The notes under the pieces were generated by a model. That model had not been told where the DNA came from, did no database searches, and was given only the letters and a program-made list of their open reading frames with translations. This document shows positions 18,723 through 28,027 of a stretch of DNA of 51,441 nucleotides, one piece after another. Position 1 is the first letter of the stretch. Each line of letters starts with the position of its first letter. The DNA is from Candidatus Fimenecus sp. Its GTDB lineage: Bacteria; Bacillota; Clostridia; Oscillospirales; Acutalibacteraceae. Location: the NCBI GenBank assembly GCA_051881335.1, contig JBJEPR010000139.1, forward strand, positions 1-51,441, read 5' to 3'. Made by a program: the position numbers and the translations under genes.

Positions 18723-19507
18723 ACCGCCTTTTCATCCCAAACGGGCTTTGCCACGCGCAAATCGAAATCCGCGTTTTCCACTGCACCTGTGGCGGCAAGC
18801 TCCGACGCCGTCACGCGGTAGGCAAGTGCCGGCAGATTGTTTTGCTCGCTCAAATGCCCCAAAAACAGGTGCTTTGTACCGTTTTTGACCAATTCGCACG
18901 CCGTTTCAGCACAAACCTCGTTACAAAGATGCCCCCGTTCGCCTAAAATCCGTTTTTTCAGCGGATAAGGATACTGCGGATTGTTTTCGAGCATCCGCAC
19001 ATCGTGGTTGGATTCGAGCAACACCGTTTCACAACCCGTAATCGCCGCACGCACCGTGTCGGTCATCACGCCGAGGTCGGTGGCGATTGCCACGCGTTCT
19101 CCGCTTTCCGCCGCAATCACATATCCACAGCTCTCGCGGGCATCGTGTGAAGTACGAAAGGACTTGATAAACAAAGAGCCGACCTCTGTTCCCTGCTCGC
19201 CGAGGGCGTAGGCGTCAAATTTGCCGTTGAGAATTTGCATTTCGTCGAGCGCTTCCAAAGTGCCGCCGCTGGCATACACCCGCGTGCCGTATTTCGAGGC
19301 AAACACCCGCAAACCGTTGATGTGGTCGCTGTGCTCGTGTGTGACGAACACTGCCCGAATGCTGTCGGGCGATACGCCGATATTGTAAAGCGCCGCTTCG
19401 GTTTGGCGGCAGCTTTTTCCTGTATCAATCAAAATGCCGCCGTCGGGTGCGCCTATGTAAATGCAATTTCCTTTGCTGGAAGAAAACAAGGGACAGAATG
19501 TAGTCAT
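18713..19507 (-). CDS. MBL-fold metallo-hydrolase (YycJ/WalJ-like)
   Basis: HxHxDH motif (THEHSDHI) with an LFSSSKGN N-terminus. Overlaps rlmH by 10 nt. Confidence 0.9.
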   Translation of the reverse strand: MTTFCPLFSSSKGNCIYIGAPDGGILIDTGKSCRQTEAALYNIGVSPDSIRAVFVTHEHSDHINGLRVFASKYGTRVYASGGTLEALDEMQILNGKFDAYALGEQGTEVGSLFIKSFRTSHDARESCGYVIAAESGERVAIATDLGVMTDTVRAAITGCETVLLESNHDVRMLENNPQYPYPLKKRILGERGHLCNEVCAETACELVKNGTKHLFLGHLSEQNNLPALAYRVTASELAATGAVENADFDLRVAKPVWDEKAVWL

Positions 19508-19555
19508 AAATTATCTATTCTCCGAAACGCGGCAACGCGCCGCAAATTTTGCGCC

Positions 19556-20413
19556 TTAATCCGGCAAAATGGAATTGGTGGTGATATACTTCACACCGCA
19601 GTCCATCATGGTTTTGAGCAGTTCCGCGCTGTCCACCGTCCAGCACGCCGCTGTAAGCCCCGCTTCGTGCACCTTTTGAATGGCCTCGGGGCGCGGGGCA
19701 TTGTACTGCGCGCAAAACGCAATGCCCGCATTGCCGCAGGACTTCGCCTCTTGAATCCGCTTGTCGTTTATGTAGTTAATCAAATACCACATTTCCAGGT
19801 TTTTGTCTATCGCATACAGCGCGCGAAGCACCGAAATGTGGAACGAAATGATAATACAACTTTCAACGATGTCGTTTTTCACGAGCATTTCATAGAGCGA
19901 CTGCATTTTTTCGGTGCGTGTGTCTTTGACTTCAATCATCGGACGGCAACCGTATGTTTTGCAAATGTCTATGTATTCCTGCAAGGTGCAGATGTGCGCG
20001 TCGGGGTATTTGTCAATGTTCGCGCCGTTAATCATCTTCTTTTTGCGCATTTCTTCGTACGAATAGTCCTTCACATCGCCCGTGCCGTCGAACATCGTTT
20101 TTATCGGTCCGTCATGCAAAACCACCCAAGTGCCGTCGGTGGTACAATGCGTGTCGCACTCCAAGGCGTAAAAGCCCGCTTTGCCGCCTGCCGTGAAGGC
20201 CTCGGCGGTGTTTTCCGGGTAAATTGCCGAAAGTCCGCGGTGTCCCGTCAGGTGGATTTCCTGCTCGTTATTCGGTACAAGGGCGGAAAAATGCTTCAAT
20301 TCCTTCGGCTGGATTTTTTGATGCCGCATACAGCGATACACCACGCCGCCCAAGGGCGTAGAGCCGATAGCGGCAACCGTTGCCATTGCGAATTTTTGCC
20401 CGTAATTACCCAT
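19556..20413 (-). CDS. Glycerophosphodiester phosphodiesterase family protein
   Basis: GDPD motifs HRG....PENT..AF and E.D.H.T.DG..V..HD. The N-terminus is hydrophobic. Confidence 0.85.
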   Translation of the reverse strand: MGNYGQKFAMATVAAIGSTPLGGVVYRCMRHQKIQPKELKHFSALVPNNEQEIHLTGHRGLSAIYPENTAEAFTAGGKAGFYALECDTHCTTDGTWVVLHDGPIKTMFDGTGDVKDYSYEEMRKKKMINGANIDKYPDAHICTLQEYIDICKTYGCRPMIEVKDTRTEKMQSLYEMLVKNDIVESCIIISFHISVLRALYAIDKNLEMWYLINYINDKRIQEAKSCGNAGIAFCAQYNAPRPEAIQKVHEAGLTAACWTVDSAELLKTMMDCGVKYITTNSILPD

Positions 20414-20489
20414 ACAAACACAGTCCTTTCAACAAAAATTGTTTCAGAATTTCACAGTCAGTATACTACAAAAACGAAAAAAAGTAAAT

Positions 20490-21338
20490 TTACTTTGTCA
20501 GCAACGCTTGAATGTCCTGCAAACGGTGCTTACAGTCACGCATACCCTCATTGTAACAGCGCTCCAGTTTGTCGGTATCCGTACCGAATTTATCCACGGG
20601 GAGCGCGTATTCGGGCGCAAGCACCACGGCTTTGCCCTCGTCCTGCAATTCGTAGCAGCGTTTCAGCGATGCATTATAAACCGTATGGCGGTTGTCGAGC
20701 GTTTCAATCACCTGCGGATACGCTTTGAGAATTCTGGTATACGCCGCGCGAATGCGCTCGGGTTCTTTGACAAAGCCGCGCGGACGCGTCAGCACAACGA
20801 CCAAACGGTCACAGCCGTCTGCGAGCGCCTTTTCCACGGGAATAGAGTCCGATGCACCGCCGTCAAAATATTTTTTGCCTTCAAATTCTACGGGCGGTGT
20901 GAACATTGGCAATGCCGCCGAGGCTTTCATCACGGTGAAATCCTTGCCGACGATTTTATCTTTGCCGAAATAGACCGCCTTGCCCGTTTCGACGTCGGTC
21001 ACCACGGTGACAAATTCACTTTTGTCCGCGTGGAATGCGTCATAATCGAACGGGTCCAATTCCTGCGGAATGGTATCGTAAATAAAATCCAATCCGAATA
21101 CAGAATGCTTATGCAAAATGGGGTCTAACCCAATATAACGCTTGTCGCCGACATACTGCGTATCAACGCGGTAGCCGCGGCCGCGTTGCCCGGAAATATA
21201 GGAAGCGGCATTACCCGCGCCCGCCGATACGCCGATGATATAGTCGAAGTGTATGTCGTTATCCATAAACACATCGAGTACGCCCACGGTGTAAATCCCG
21301 CGCATACCGCCGCCCTCAAGCACCAAGCCTGTTTTCAT
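20490..21338 (-). CDS. Patatin-like phospholipase family protein
   Basis: Oxyanion GGGMRG, nucleophile GVSAG and a later DGG motif. Confidence 0.9.
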   Translation of the reverse strand: MKTGLVLEGGGMRGIYTVGVLDVFMDNDIHFDYIIGVSAGAGNAASYISGQRGRGYRVDTQYVGDKRYIGLDPILHKHSVFGLDFIYDTIPQELDPFDYDAFHADKSEFVTVVTDVETGKAVYFGKDKIVGKDFTVMKASAALPMFTPPVEFEGKKYFDGGASDSIPVEKALADGCDRLVVVLTRPRGFVKEPERIRAAYTRILKAYPQVIETLDNRHTVYNASLKRCYELQDEGKAVVLAPEYALPVDKFGTDTDKLERCYNEGMRDCKHRLQDIQALLTK

Positions 21339-21340
21339 AT

Positions 21341-21892
21341 TTACAGCACCTCTTTTAAAATTCTTGCCGTTTTTGCAAGCGGCAACCCCACAACATTCAA
21401 ATAATCTCCGTCAATTTTTTCCACGAACAACGCCCCGCGCCCCTGTATACCGTATGCCCCCGCTTTGTCCAGCGGCTCGCCGCTTTGCACATACGCGTCG
21501 ATTTCCGCGTCGGTCAGTTGGTAAAAGGTCACGCGCGTTTGCGCATAAAATAAGAATTCCCGTTCGCCGTCTGTAATATACACGCCGGTAAACACGCTGT
21601 GCGTGCGCCCCGAAAGCGCACGCAGCATTTCTTTTGCGCCGTTTTCGTCTTTCGGTTTCCCCAATATCCGATTGTCAAGCACAACGACCGTATCGGCGGC
21701 AAGCACAACCTCGTCTGCCGCACGAAAAACAGCGCGCCCCTTGCGCTGTGCCAATATTTCGACCGCCTCCGCGGGCAAAACGCCTGCGGACAGGGTTTCA
21801 TCGGTATCGGCAACGCGTTTTTCAAACGAAAAGCCGCCCTGTGTGAGGATTTCCGCACGGCGCGGCGAATTCGATGCCAAAATCAGTTTCAT
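21341..21892 (-). CDS. maf: Maf-family nucleoside-triphosphate pyrophosphatase
   Basis: LILAS.SPRR.E.L N-terminus and the AGAYGIQG motif. Confidence 0.92.
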   Translation of the reverse strand: MKLILASNSPRRAEILTQGGFSFEKRVADTDETLSAGVLPAEAVEILAQRKGRAVFRAADEVVLAADTVVVLDNRILGKPKDENGAKEMLRALSGRTHSVFTGVYITDGEREFLFYAQTRVTFYQLTDAEIDAYVQSGEPLDKAGAYGIQGRGALFVEKIDGDYLNVVGLPLAKTARILKEVL

Positions 21893-22437
21893 TTTGCCGC
21901 CTGCCCTTTTATAAGATGATAGGTTTTTAAAATCCCGACCTGTGTTTTGCTGTCGCGGATTTCGTTGCGCATTACCATTTGGAACGCTTCTTCGAGTGGA
22001 ATGCGGCGCACCTCTAAAAACTCGTCCGCGTCCAAATGCTGTTCGGAGAAAGTCAATTTTTCCGCCAAATACATATGGATTATCTCGCCGCAGTAGCCGG
22101 GCGTTGGGTAGAGCTTGCCGAGGTCACGATACCTTTCCGCCGCAGCGCCCGTTTCTTCGAGCAGTTCGCGCTTGCCCGCTTCGAATGGGTTTTCGCCGTA
22201 TTCCAATTTCCCTGCGGGCAGTTCCAAAACCGTTTCCATATACGGATAGCGGAATTGCTCGACAAACAGCAATTCTTCTTTTGCCGTCAATGCCGCCACG
22301 CACACGCCGCCCGGGTGCTCTATCACTTCGCGCAGTGCCGTTGTCCCGTCGGGCAATTCTGCGTCATCGACGCGCAAATTGACGATTTTGCCGCGATACA
22401 GATAGTCTTGTTTTAAAGGTTTTTCGGTAAAATCCAT
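21889..22437 (-). CDS. NUDIX hydrolase (ADP-ribose pyrophosphatase-like)
   Basis: Nudix box GK.E.GE....A..REL.EETG. 4-nt overlap with maf. Confidence 0.9.
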   Translation of the reverse strand: MDFTEKPLKQDYLYRGKIVNLRVDDAELPDGTTALREVIEHPGGVCVAALTAKEELLFVEQFRYPYMETVLELPAGKLEYGENPFEAGKRELLEETGAAAERYRDLGKLYPTPGYCGEIIHMYLAEKLTFSEQHLDADEFLEVRRIPLEEAFQMVMRNEIRDSKTQVGILKTYHLIKGQAAK

Positions 22438-22524
22438 ACTAAATGAAAACTCCTTTGCATAGATATGAAATAGGACAACCGCTGTCCGTTCGGAAAATCA
22501 AAAAAGAAAGAAGTGCTTTTAAAA

Positions 22525-23418
22525 ATGCAAATTGATTTCGTGCCGTTTACATATGCACAGTCGCAAAAGCTGCTTGCAGAACTCCAAAGCGCCTATCCCT
22601 TTGCCGAATTTTCGGTGTTCGGCAGGACCGTCGCAAAACGCGGCATATTCTCCCTCACGCTCGGCGAGGGTACGGATACTGTCCTGTTTTTGGCAGGACT
22701 GCAAGCCGAAGACACCGCCGCGCCGCTTTTGATGTATCGCTTTTTCTCAAGGCTTTGCGCCGCCTATTCTTCGGACGGAAGCCTTTGCAATGTGCAAATC
22801 CGCCGTTCGTTGCAGGGGCGAAAAATCACCGTTGTGCCGTGCGCAAGCCCCGACGCATTTGAAATTCGCCGCTACGGCGCGTTAGGCGCAGGGTGCTATG
22901 CGGGGCTTATTTCGCGCGCGGCAGGCAACACCTTTGAAAACTGGCGCGCCAACGCGCGGGGCGTTAATATCGCGCACAATTTTGATTTTCACCATCAAAG
23001 CGTATTGCTGGATACCGCCGCTGACCGCCCTTCCCCGTTTGCCTATGCAGGTCCCGCCCCCGAAAGCGAGGCGGAAACGGGCGCGATTGTGCGGCTTTGC
23101 CTGCGGGAAAGCTTTCGCCACAGCGTCCTGTTAGAGGGCTTCGGCAGACACTTTTTTTGGTCGGGCGCGGAGGGGTGCTTTGAAAAAAATGAAATCCCGC
23201 TGACCGCCAAGGTATTGGCAGGCGCGGCGGACTATACCCTGTCCAAAAAAGAGGAAACGCTTCGCCACGGCGCGTTTCCCGAATGGTTTTCCACGGAATT
23301 TCACCGTCCCGCATTTACCGTCGCAGCGGGAAACTGTCCGCAAATCCAAAATCAGGCGGAATTCGACGAAGTCTACCGCGAAATCGAGGAAATGCTGGTG
23401 CTGTCGGCAATTTTATGA
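22525..23418 (+). CDS. M14 (zinc carboxypeptidase / gamma-D-Glu-DAP peptidase)-like protein with a non-canonical metal motif
   Basis: M14-like NWRANARGVNIAHNF segment. The position of the HxxE motif reads GLQAEDT rather than GIHAREW-type. Confidence 0.7.
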   Translation: MQIDFVPFTYAQSQKLLAELQSAYPFAEFSVFGRTVAKRGIFSLTLGEGTDTVLFLAGLQAEDTAAPLLMYRFFSRLCAAYSSDGSLCNVQIRRSLQGRKITVVPCASPDAFEIRRYGALGAGCYAGLISRAAGNTFENWRANARGVNIAHNFDFHHQSVLLDTAADRPSPFAYAGPAPESEAETGAIVRLCLRESFRHSVLLEGFGRHFFWSGAEGCFEKNEIPLTAKVLAGAADYTLSKKEETLRHGAFPEWFSTEFHRPAFTVAAGNCPQIQNQAEFDEVYREIEEMLVLSAIL

Positions 23419-24708
23419 TTGCCCGTACGCCTTTACAAGCGTTTTGTAATGCTGCCCCTTTTCCTCAAAATTTTTATAGACATTGTAACTCGACGCTGCG
23501 GGGGAAAGTAAGCAGATTTTGCCTGCGGCGGTGTATTCGTAAGCCAGGCGCACCGCTTCGTCCAAATCGGCGGCAGCAATGCAGTTTTGCGGTGCTTTTG
23601 CCTGCTGTAATGCCGCGACAATCGCGTGCCCCGTTTCGGGCGTGCCGAGAATATTGCGTATCGAACTGTGTTTCAGGTCTTCCACAAAGCCGCTGTAATC
23701 AATGCCGCGGTCTTTGCCGCCGATAATCAGCGTATCCACGGTTTTGAGCGCTTCTACCGCGCACAGTACCGCGTGCGGAATGGTGGCAATGCAGTCATTG
23801 TAAAAGGTAATGCCTTTATATGAACCGACCTTTTCCATACGGTGCTCTATCCCCTCAAATGTATGCACGGCGGTTTCGCAGTCCGCGTCCGTCGCGCCGA
23901 AACGCTTTGCGGCGGCGCGGGCAAACAGAACATCCTGATAATTATGCGCACCTGCCAAATGCGCATTTTCAACGGAAAACGGTACTACTTCGTCGACACA
24001 AATACCGACTTTTTCGGACGGCACGGCGGACAAATCCACAAATTGTTTGAGCCCCTGCGTACCATTATATAAAAACAAATCGCCACTTTTTTGATACAGT
24101 GCGATATGCGATTTTGCGCGCACATACCCTTGAAAGCCGCCTTTGTAATGCTCCAAATGCTCTTCGTACAAATTCGTGAGCACCGCCACCTCAGGCGAAG
24201 CGTGCGTAAATTCGAGTTGATGTGAGGACATTTCGATAACGGCAACCGTGTCGGGCGTCAAGTCCTCAAGCGCCTCAAACACGGGCACGCCGATATTGCC
24301 GATCAGACGGCAATCTTTCCCCGCGGCTTTCAGCATACGGTAAGTCAGCGTAGAGGTTGTGGTTTTCCCTTTGGAGCCCGTAATGCCGATTTTGTGACAA
24401 TTTGCAAACCGCAAAAACAAATCCACCTGGCAGGTGACCTCGGTGTTGCCGCCAACTTCGACCTCTTTAAACGAAATGCCCGGACTTTTCATCACAAGCG
24501 AAAAATCGTTGATATGCTGTAAGTAATCGTCTCCGCAAAGGCACGCGGTATAAGCGTCCGGCGGGGCGATTTCGTTTTTGTCGGCAATCGTCAGGGGCAT
24601 TTCGGGAAAATAGGTTCGGATATACCGAAAGGTGGATTGCCCCTCGCGCCCGAAGCCGACCAATAAGACGGATTTGTCACGGAAATATTCAGCAATCGGC
24701 GGATACAT
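23413..24708 (-). CDS. murD: MurD-type UDP-N-acetylmuramoyl-L-alanine--glutamate ligase
   Basis: Mur ligase P-loop GITGSKGKTTT with MurD-like N- and C-terminal domains. Confidence 0.9.
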   Translation of the reverse strand: MYPPIAEYFRDKSVLLVGFGREGQSTFRYIRTYFPEMPLTIADKNEIAPPDAYTACLCGDDYLQHINDFSLVMKSPGISFKEVEVGGNTEVTCQVDLFLRFANCHKIGITGSKGKTTTSTLTYRMLKAAGKDCRLIGNIGVPVFEALEDLTPDTVAVIEMSSHQLEFTHASPEVAVLTNLYEEHLEHYKGGFQGYVRAKSHIALYQKSGDLFLYNGTQGLKQFVDLSAVPSEKVGICVDEVVPFSVENAHLAGAHNYQDVLFARAAAKRFGATDADCETAVHTFEGIEHRMEKVGSYKGITFYNDCIATIPHAVLCAVEALKTVDTLIIGGKDRGIDYSGFVEDLKHSSIRNILGTPETGHAIVAALQQAKAPQNCIAAADLDEAVRLAYEYTAAGKICLLSPAASSYNVYKNFEEKGQHYKTLVKAYGQS

Positions 24709-26068
24709 ATTCGTACATCTCCTTCACGGCCTCAAAGAATTCGTCGGGCACATTGTTTTTGGGGTTGTATTCCAGCAACAGATTTTCGCCCGTATATTCC
24801 CCCGCTGTCTCGGTAAAATGCTGTAACAAAACGGGAAGTTTTTTCCCCTCGGCGCGGAATTTTTCCACGGTTTTATGCAGTGCAAACACAATTTCCGACA
24901 CCGTGCCGACGCATTCAAAGGGTTTCACCTCGGAAAAGCCGCACAGCCCGTCAAAATCCGAAAGTAAATCCCCGTCATCAAGCATATTCGCGCCGAAAAG
25001 CGCGCAAAGGCGGTCATACGGAAGAAACGGCGACAAAATCGAAAAGACAAACAGGCATTTTGCACATTTGCCGCACCAAATATTTTGCTTACTGCCGCGG
25101 TTGCAGCTGCGGAAGGTTTCGTGATACTGTGGGTAATCGGCGAACTGCTTGGCAATCTGCAATTCCGAAAACGGGCGCAGTAAACTGAAATAGCGAATGT
25201 CGGGCACCAAATTGCGCTCGGCGTATTTCGAAAAATCACATTCAAACGCATAGGATTTGGAATACTGATGATTGACTTCTGTCCCCGCGATGTTCGACTC
25301 ATTCGCGCTCGACTCGTTCGAGAGCACAATATCCCGTGCGCCGACCAAATACGCGCAGTAGAACGACAAAAACGCCACAATCGCCGAAAACGGCGTGTGC
25401 CCGTTCAAAAAGCCCTCTTGATTTAAGCGTAGTAAATTTTTATCTATCGTGCGGTAGGTGCGGACAATCGCGCTGTCCGTATAGCCTGCCGCGTGTACGG
25501 TATCGGTGCGCGCAGGCTGGTCATTCACGGTGAAAAACAGGTTTTTTTCTTTCTCCCCGCGCAAAAGCTGTGCGGTCACGCAACTATCCTTACCGCCGCC
25601 GACGGGAATGATGTGTATCCCGCTTTGGTTATAATCCCCCAAGGGACGCGCCTCGGCTTCTTTTTCACAGACAATTTCCATAAAATCGTCTTTGTCCGCT
25701 TCAATGTCGTTGATGTAGAAAAATTCCGAAAGTCCGCGGAAATACAGCCGTTTCCAAAAGCGAATATCCCAGTCGGACAAGTACCCGCATTGCACCTTGA
25801 CCGTTTTCGGGCACGCCGCTTTCCAATAACTGATAAGCTCCACCATTCCGAGCGAAAACACCACCGCCTGCGCGTCGGGAGAAGCGGGGTCATTTAAGAT
25901 GTGTAAGTTTTCCGTTTCGATTTCAGTGGACGGCGCAAAGGCACAAAGCCCGTCAATCGAAAAATGAAAGGTCAGCCGAACACGCGTGCCGATTTTTTCA
26001 ATTTCATAGCGTTCATAAGTAAAAGTGGGATATGTTTTTCGCAGTTCTGCAAAGGTTTTTTCCGCCAT
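24689..26068 (-). CDS. PP-loop (adenine nucleotide alpha-hydrolase)-like protein coupled to murD; possible MurL-type epimerase
   Basis: 459 aa from the ATG at 26068 (AGGAGGA RBS). PP-loop-like IIPVGGGKDS and QueC-like CGKCAKC motifs. The stop overlaps the murD start by 20 nt. Confidence 0.75.
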   Translation of the reverse strand: MAEKTFAELRKTYPTFTYERYEIEKIGTRVRLTFHFSIDGLCAFAPSTEIETENLHILNDPASPDAQAVVFSLGMVELISYWKAACPKTVKVQCGYLSDWDIRFWKRLYFRGLSEFFYINDIEADKDDFMEIVCEKEAEARPLGDYNQSGIHIIPVGGGKDSCVTAQLLRGEKEKNLFFTVNDQPARTDTVHAAGYTDSAIVRTYRTIDKNLLRLNQEGFLNGHTPFSAIVAFLSFYCAYLVGARDIVLSNESSANESNIAGTEVNHQYSKSYAFECDFSKYAERNLVPDIRYFSLLRPFSELQIAKQFADYPQYHETFRSCNRGSKQNIWCGKCAKCLFVFSILSPFLPYDRLCALFGANMLDDGDLLSDFDGLCGFSEVKPFECVGTVSEIVFALHKTVEKFRAEGKKLPVLLQHFTETAGEYTGENLLLEYNPKNNVPDEFFEAVKEMYEYVSADC

Positions 26069-26267
26069 AAAATCCTCCTGCGTATGAAAATCAATCAATA
26101 GTATATTATACGATTTACACCGAAAAAAAGCAAGGCGTGGCATAAAAATATACATATAAAGGACAGTGCTCTCCGAATTTGTCGGTTTTTGCACCGTCTT
26201 TTTTCGGAAATTCACAAAAAGTTAATATACATCTGTATAATGGGTAAGGTAAGGAGTGGAACGCCGT

Positions 26268-26945
26268 ATGTTTGACATTTTGGTCGCAGAGGACGACTTT
26301 AAACTCAATCGGATATACTGCTCGGCATTGCAGGACGCCGATTTTCATACCTTTGCCGCCTATAATGGCGAGGAGGCGATGGAGCTGATTGCCGAACATC
26401 CGATGGATTTGGTAATTTCGGATATTATGATGCCCGGTATGGACGGCTATACGCTCACGAAATATTTGCGGAAAGAATACCCCGAAATGCCGATTTTGAT
26501 GATTTCCGCCAAAGAGGGGTACGAGGATAAGCGGGACGGTTTTTTGGCAGGTATTGACGATTATATGGTCAAGCCCGTAGATTTAAACGAAATGCTGTTG
26601 CGCGTACAAGCCCTTTTGCGCCGTGCGAAAATCGTCACTGACCGTAGGCTCACCGTCGGAAACACGGTACTGCGGTATGATTCATATTCTGCCGAGTTTG
26701 ACGGCAAAACCGTGGATATTCCGCAAAAAGAATTTTTGGTGCTTTACAAATTGATGTCTTACCCGGGCCGTACCTTTACACGGCGGCAGTTGATGGACGA
26801 ATTTTGGGGCTGGGAGAGCGACTCGGAGGAACGCACCGTCGATGTGCACATTAACCGCTTGCGCGAACGGCTGCACGATTGCCGCGATTTGCGGATTGAC
26901 ACTGTACGCGGACTCGGATACAGAGGGGTAAAGCTATGCGACTGA
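26268..26945 (+). CDS. OmpR-family response regulator
   Basis: Receiver domain (ILVAEDD...DLVISDIMMPGMDG...SAK) plus a winged-helix trans_reg_C domain (RTVDVHINRLRE). Confidence 0.92.
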   Translation: MFDILVAEDDFKLNRIYCSALQDADFHTFAAYNGEEAMELIAEHPMDLVISDIMMPGMDGYTLTKYLRKEYPEMPILMISAKEGYEDKRDGFLAGIDDYMVKPVDLNEMLLRVQALLRRAKIVTDRRLTVGNTVLRYDSYSAEFDGKTVDIPQKEFLVLYKLMSYPGRTFTRRQLMDEFWGWESDSEERTVDVHINRLRERLHDCRDLRIDTVRGLGYRGVKLCD

Positions 26946-27976
26946 GCAAAATTAACCGCGCGTTTCGCCGCACGACATTCTTGGTTTTCCTGGTACTGTG
27001 CGCTTTGGTTCTGCTGTTTCTGTTTGTAGTACTTTTACTGATGCGCACCAGCTTCGTCAACATTGAAATTATCAGCAACAATACCGCTTTAATTGTGGTT
27101 TGCGTGGCTATTTTTCTGCTGATTGTCAGCCAAGGTGTTGCCATTTTTTGGCGATACCGCATTACAAAACCGGTTGAATCTATTTCCGCCGTGATGGACG
27201 AAGTGGCCAAAGGCAATTTTGATGTGCAGATTGACACCGCAAAATTCCACGACGAAATCCACGACCTCGGCGAAAATCTCAACAAAATGATTTTGGAACT
27301 GCAAAGCATCGAGGTCATGCGTTCGGATTTTGTTTCCAATGTTTCGCACGAATTCCGCGCGCCGCTGTCTGCCATTCAAGGTTATGTCACCCTACTGTCC
27401 AACCCTTCGCTGTCCGACGAACAGCGCAAAGAGTATTTCGCCCTGCTGTCCGAATCTACCCGTGACCTTTCGGGGCTTGTAGACAGCGTGTTGAAGCTCT
27501 CGCGATTGGAATCGCAAAACATTGCGCCCAAATCCGCGCCGTTTCGTTTGGACGAACAGCTTCGGCGCGTTGTGTTGCTGTTTGAATCGCAGTGGGCGCA
27601 AAAAGAGATTGATTTGGAGTTGGACTTGCCCGAATACACCTACACAGGCAATGCGGAACTGCTGCATCAAATCTGGACAAACCTGTTCGGCAACGCCGTG
27701 AAATATACGCCGCCGCACGGCAAAATCGGTGTGCGGCTGTTTCCGGAAAGCAACGGCGGTGTTCGGGTTGAAATCTCCGACACAGGTATCGGAATGAGCG
27801 AAGAGGTAAAATCTCATATTTTTGAAAAATTTTATCAAGGCGATGCCTCGCACCGCGCCGTCGGGAACGGGCTGGGGCTGGCTTTGGTGCAAACCGCCTG
27901 CCAACTGACCGGCAGTAGCGTCTCGGTGGAAAGCACCGAGGGCGTCGGCAGTACCTTTACCGTGCGCCTGCCGTAA
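26936..27976 (+). CDS. Sensor histidine kinase with a very short extracytoplasmic loop
   Basis: Two TM helices separated by about 13 aa, then HAMP, the H-box SNVSHEFRAPLSAIQGY, and N/G boxes. Overlaps the regulator stop by 10 nt. Confidence 0.92.
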   Translation: MRLSKINRAFRRTTFLVFLVLCALVLLFLFVVLLLMRTSFVNIEIISNNTALIVVCVAIFLLIVSQGVAIFWRYRITKPVESISAVMDEVAKGNFDVQIDTAKFHDEIHDLGENLNKMILELQSIEVMRSDFVSNVSHEFRAPLSAIQGYVTLLSNPSLSDEQRKEYFALLSESTRDLSGLVDSVLKLSRLESQNIAPKSAPFRLDEQLRRVVLLFESQWAQKEIDLELDLPEYTYTGNAELLHQIWTNLFGNAVKYTPPHGKIGVRLFPESNGGVRVEISDTGIGMSEEVKSHIFEKFYQGDASHRAVGNGLGLALVQTACQLTGSSVSVESTEGVGSTFTVRLP

Positions 27977-27988
27977 AAATCGTATATA

Positions 27989-28027
27989 AACAGCAGGGAT
28001 TTCCCGAAAAGGGAAATCCCTGCTGTT
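27989..28027. terminator. Bidirectional terminator hairpin between convergent genes
   Basis: Perfect 17-bp stem AACAGCAGGGATTTCCC-gaaaa-GGGAAATCCCTGCTGTT. Confidence 0.75.

Noticed and set aside
19235-20728. 497-aa plus-strand ORF spanning the MBL-hydrolase, GDPD and patatin genes.
   Set aside because: It runs antisense to three well-supported minus-strand genes and across their intergenic gaps. Its composition is Arg/Ala/His-rich with no motifs, so it is a GC-driven shadow ORF.
20490-22437. Patatin-like, Maf and NUDIX neighbours, considered as a possible defence (CBASS-effector-like) cluster.
   Set aside because: No cyclase, sensor or other defence component is adjacent. The patatin is the ordinary ~280-aa housekeeping type, and maf-nudix is a common core pairing.
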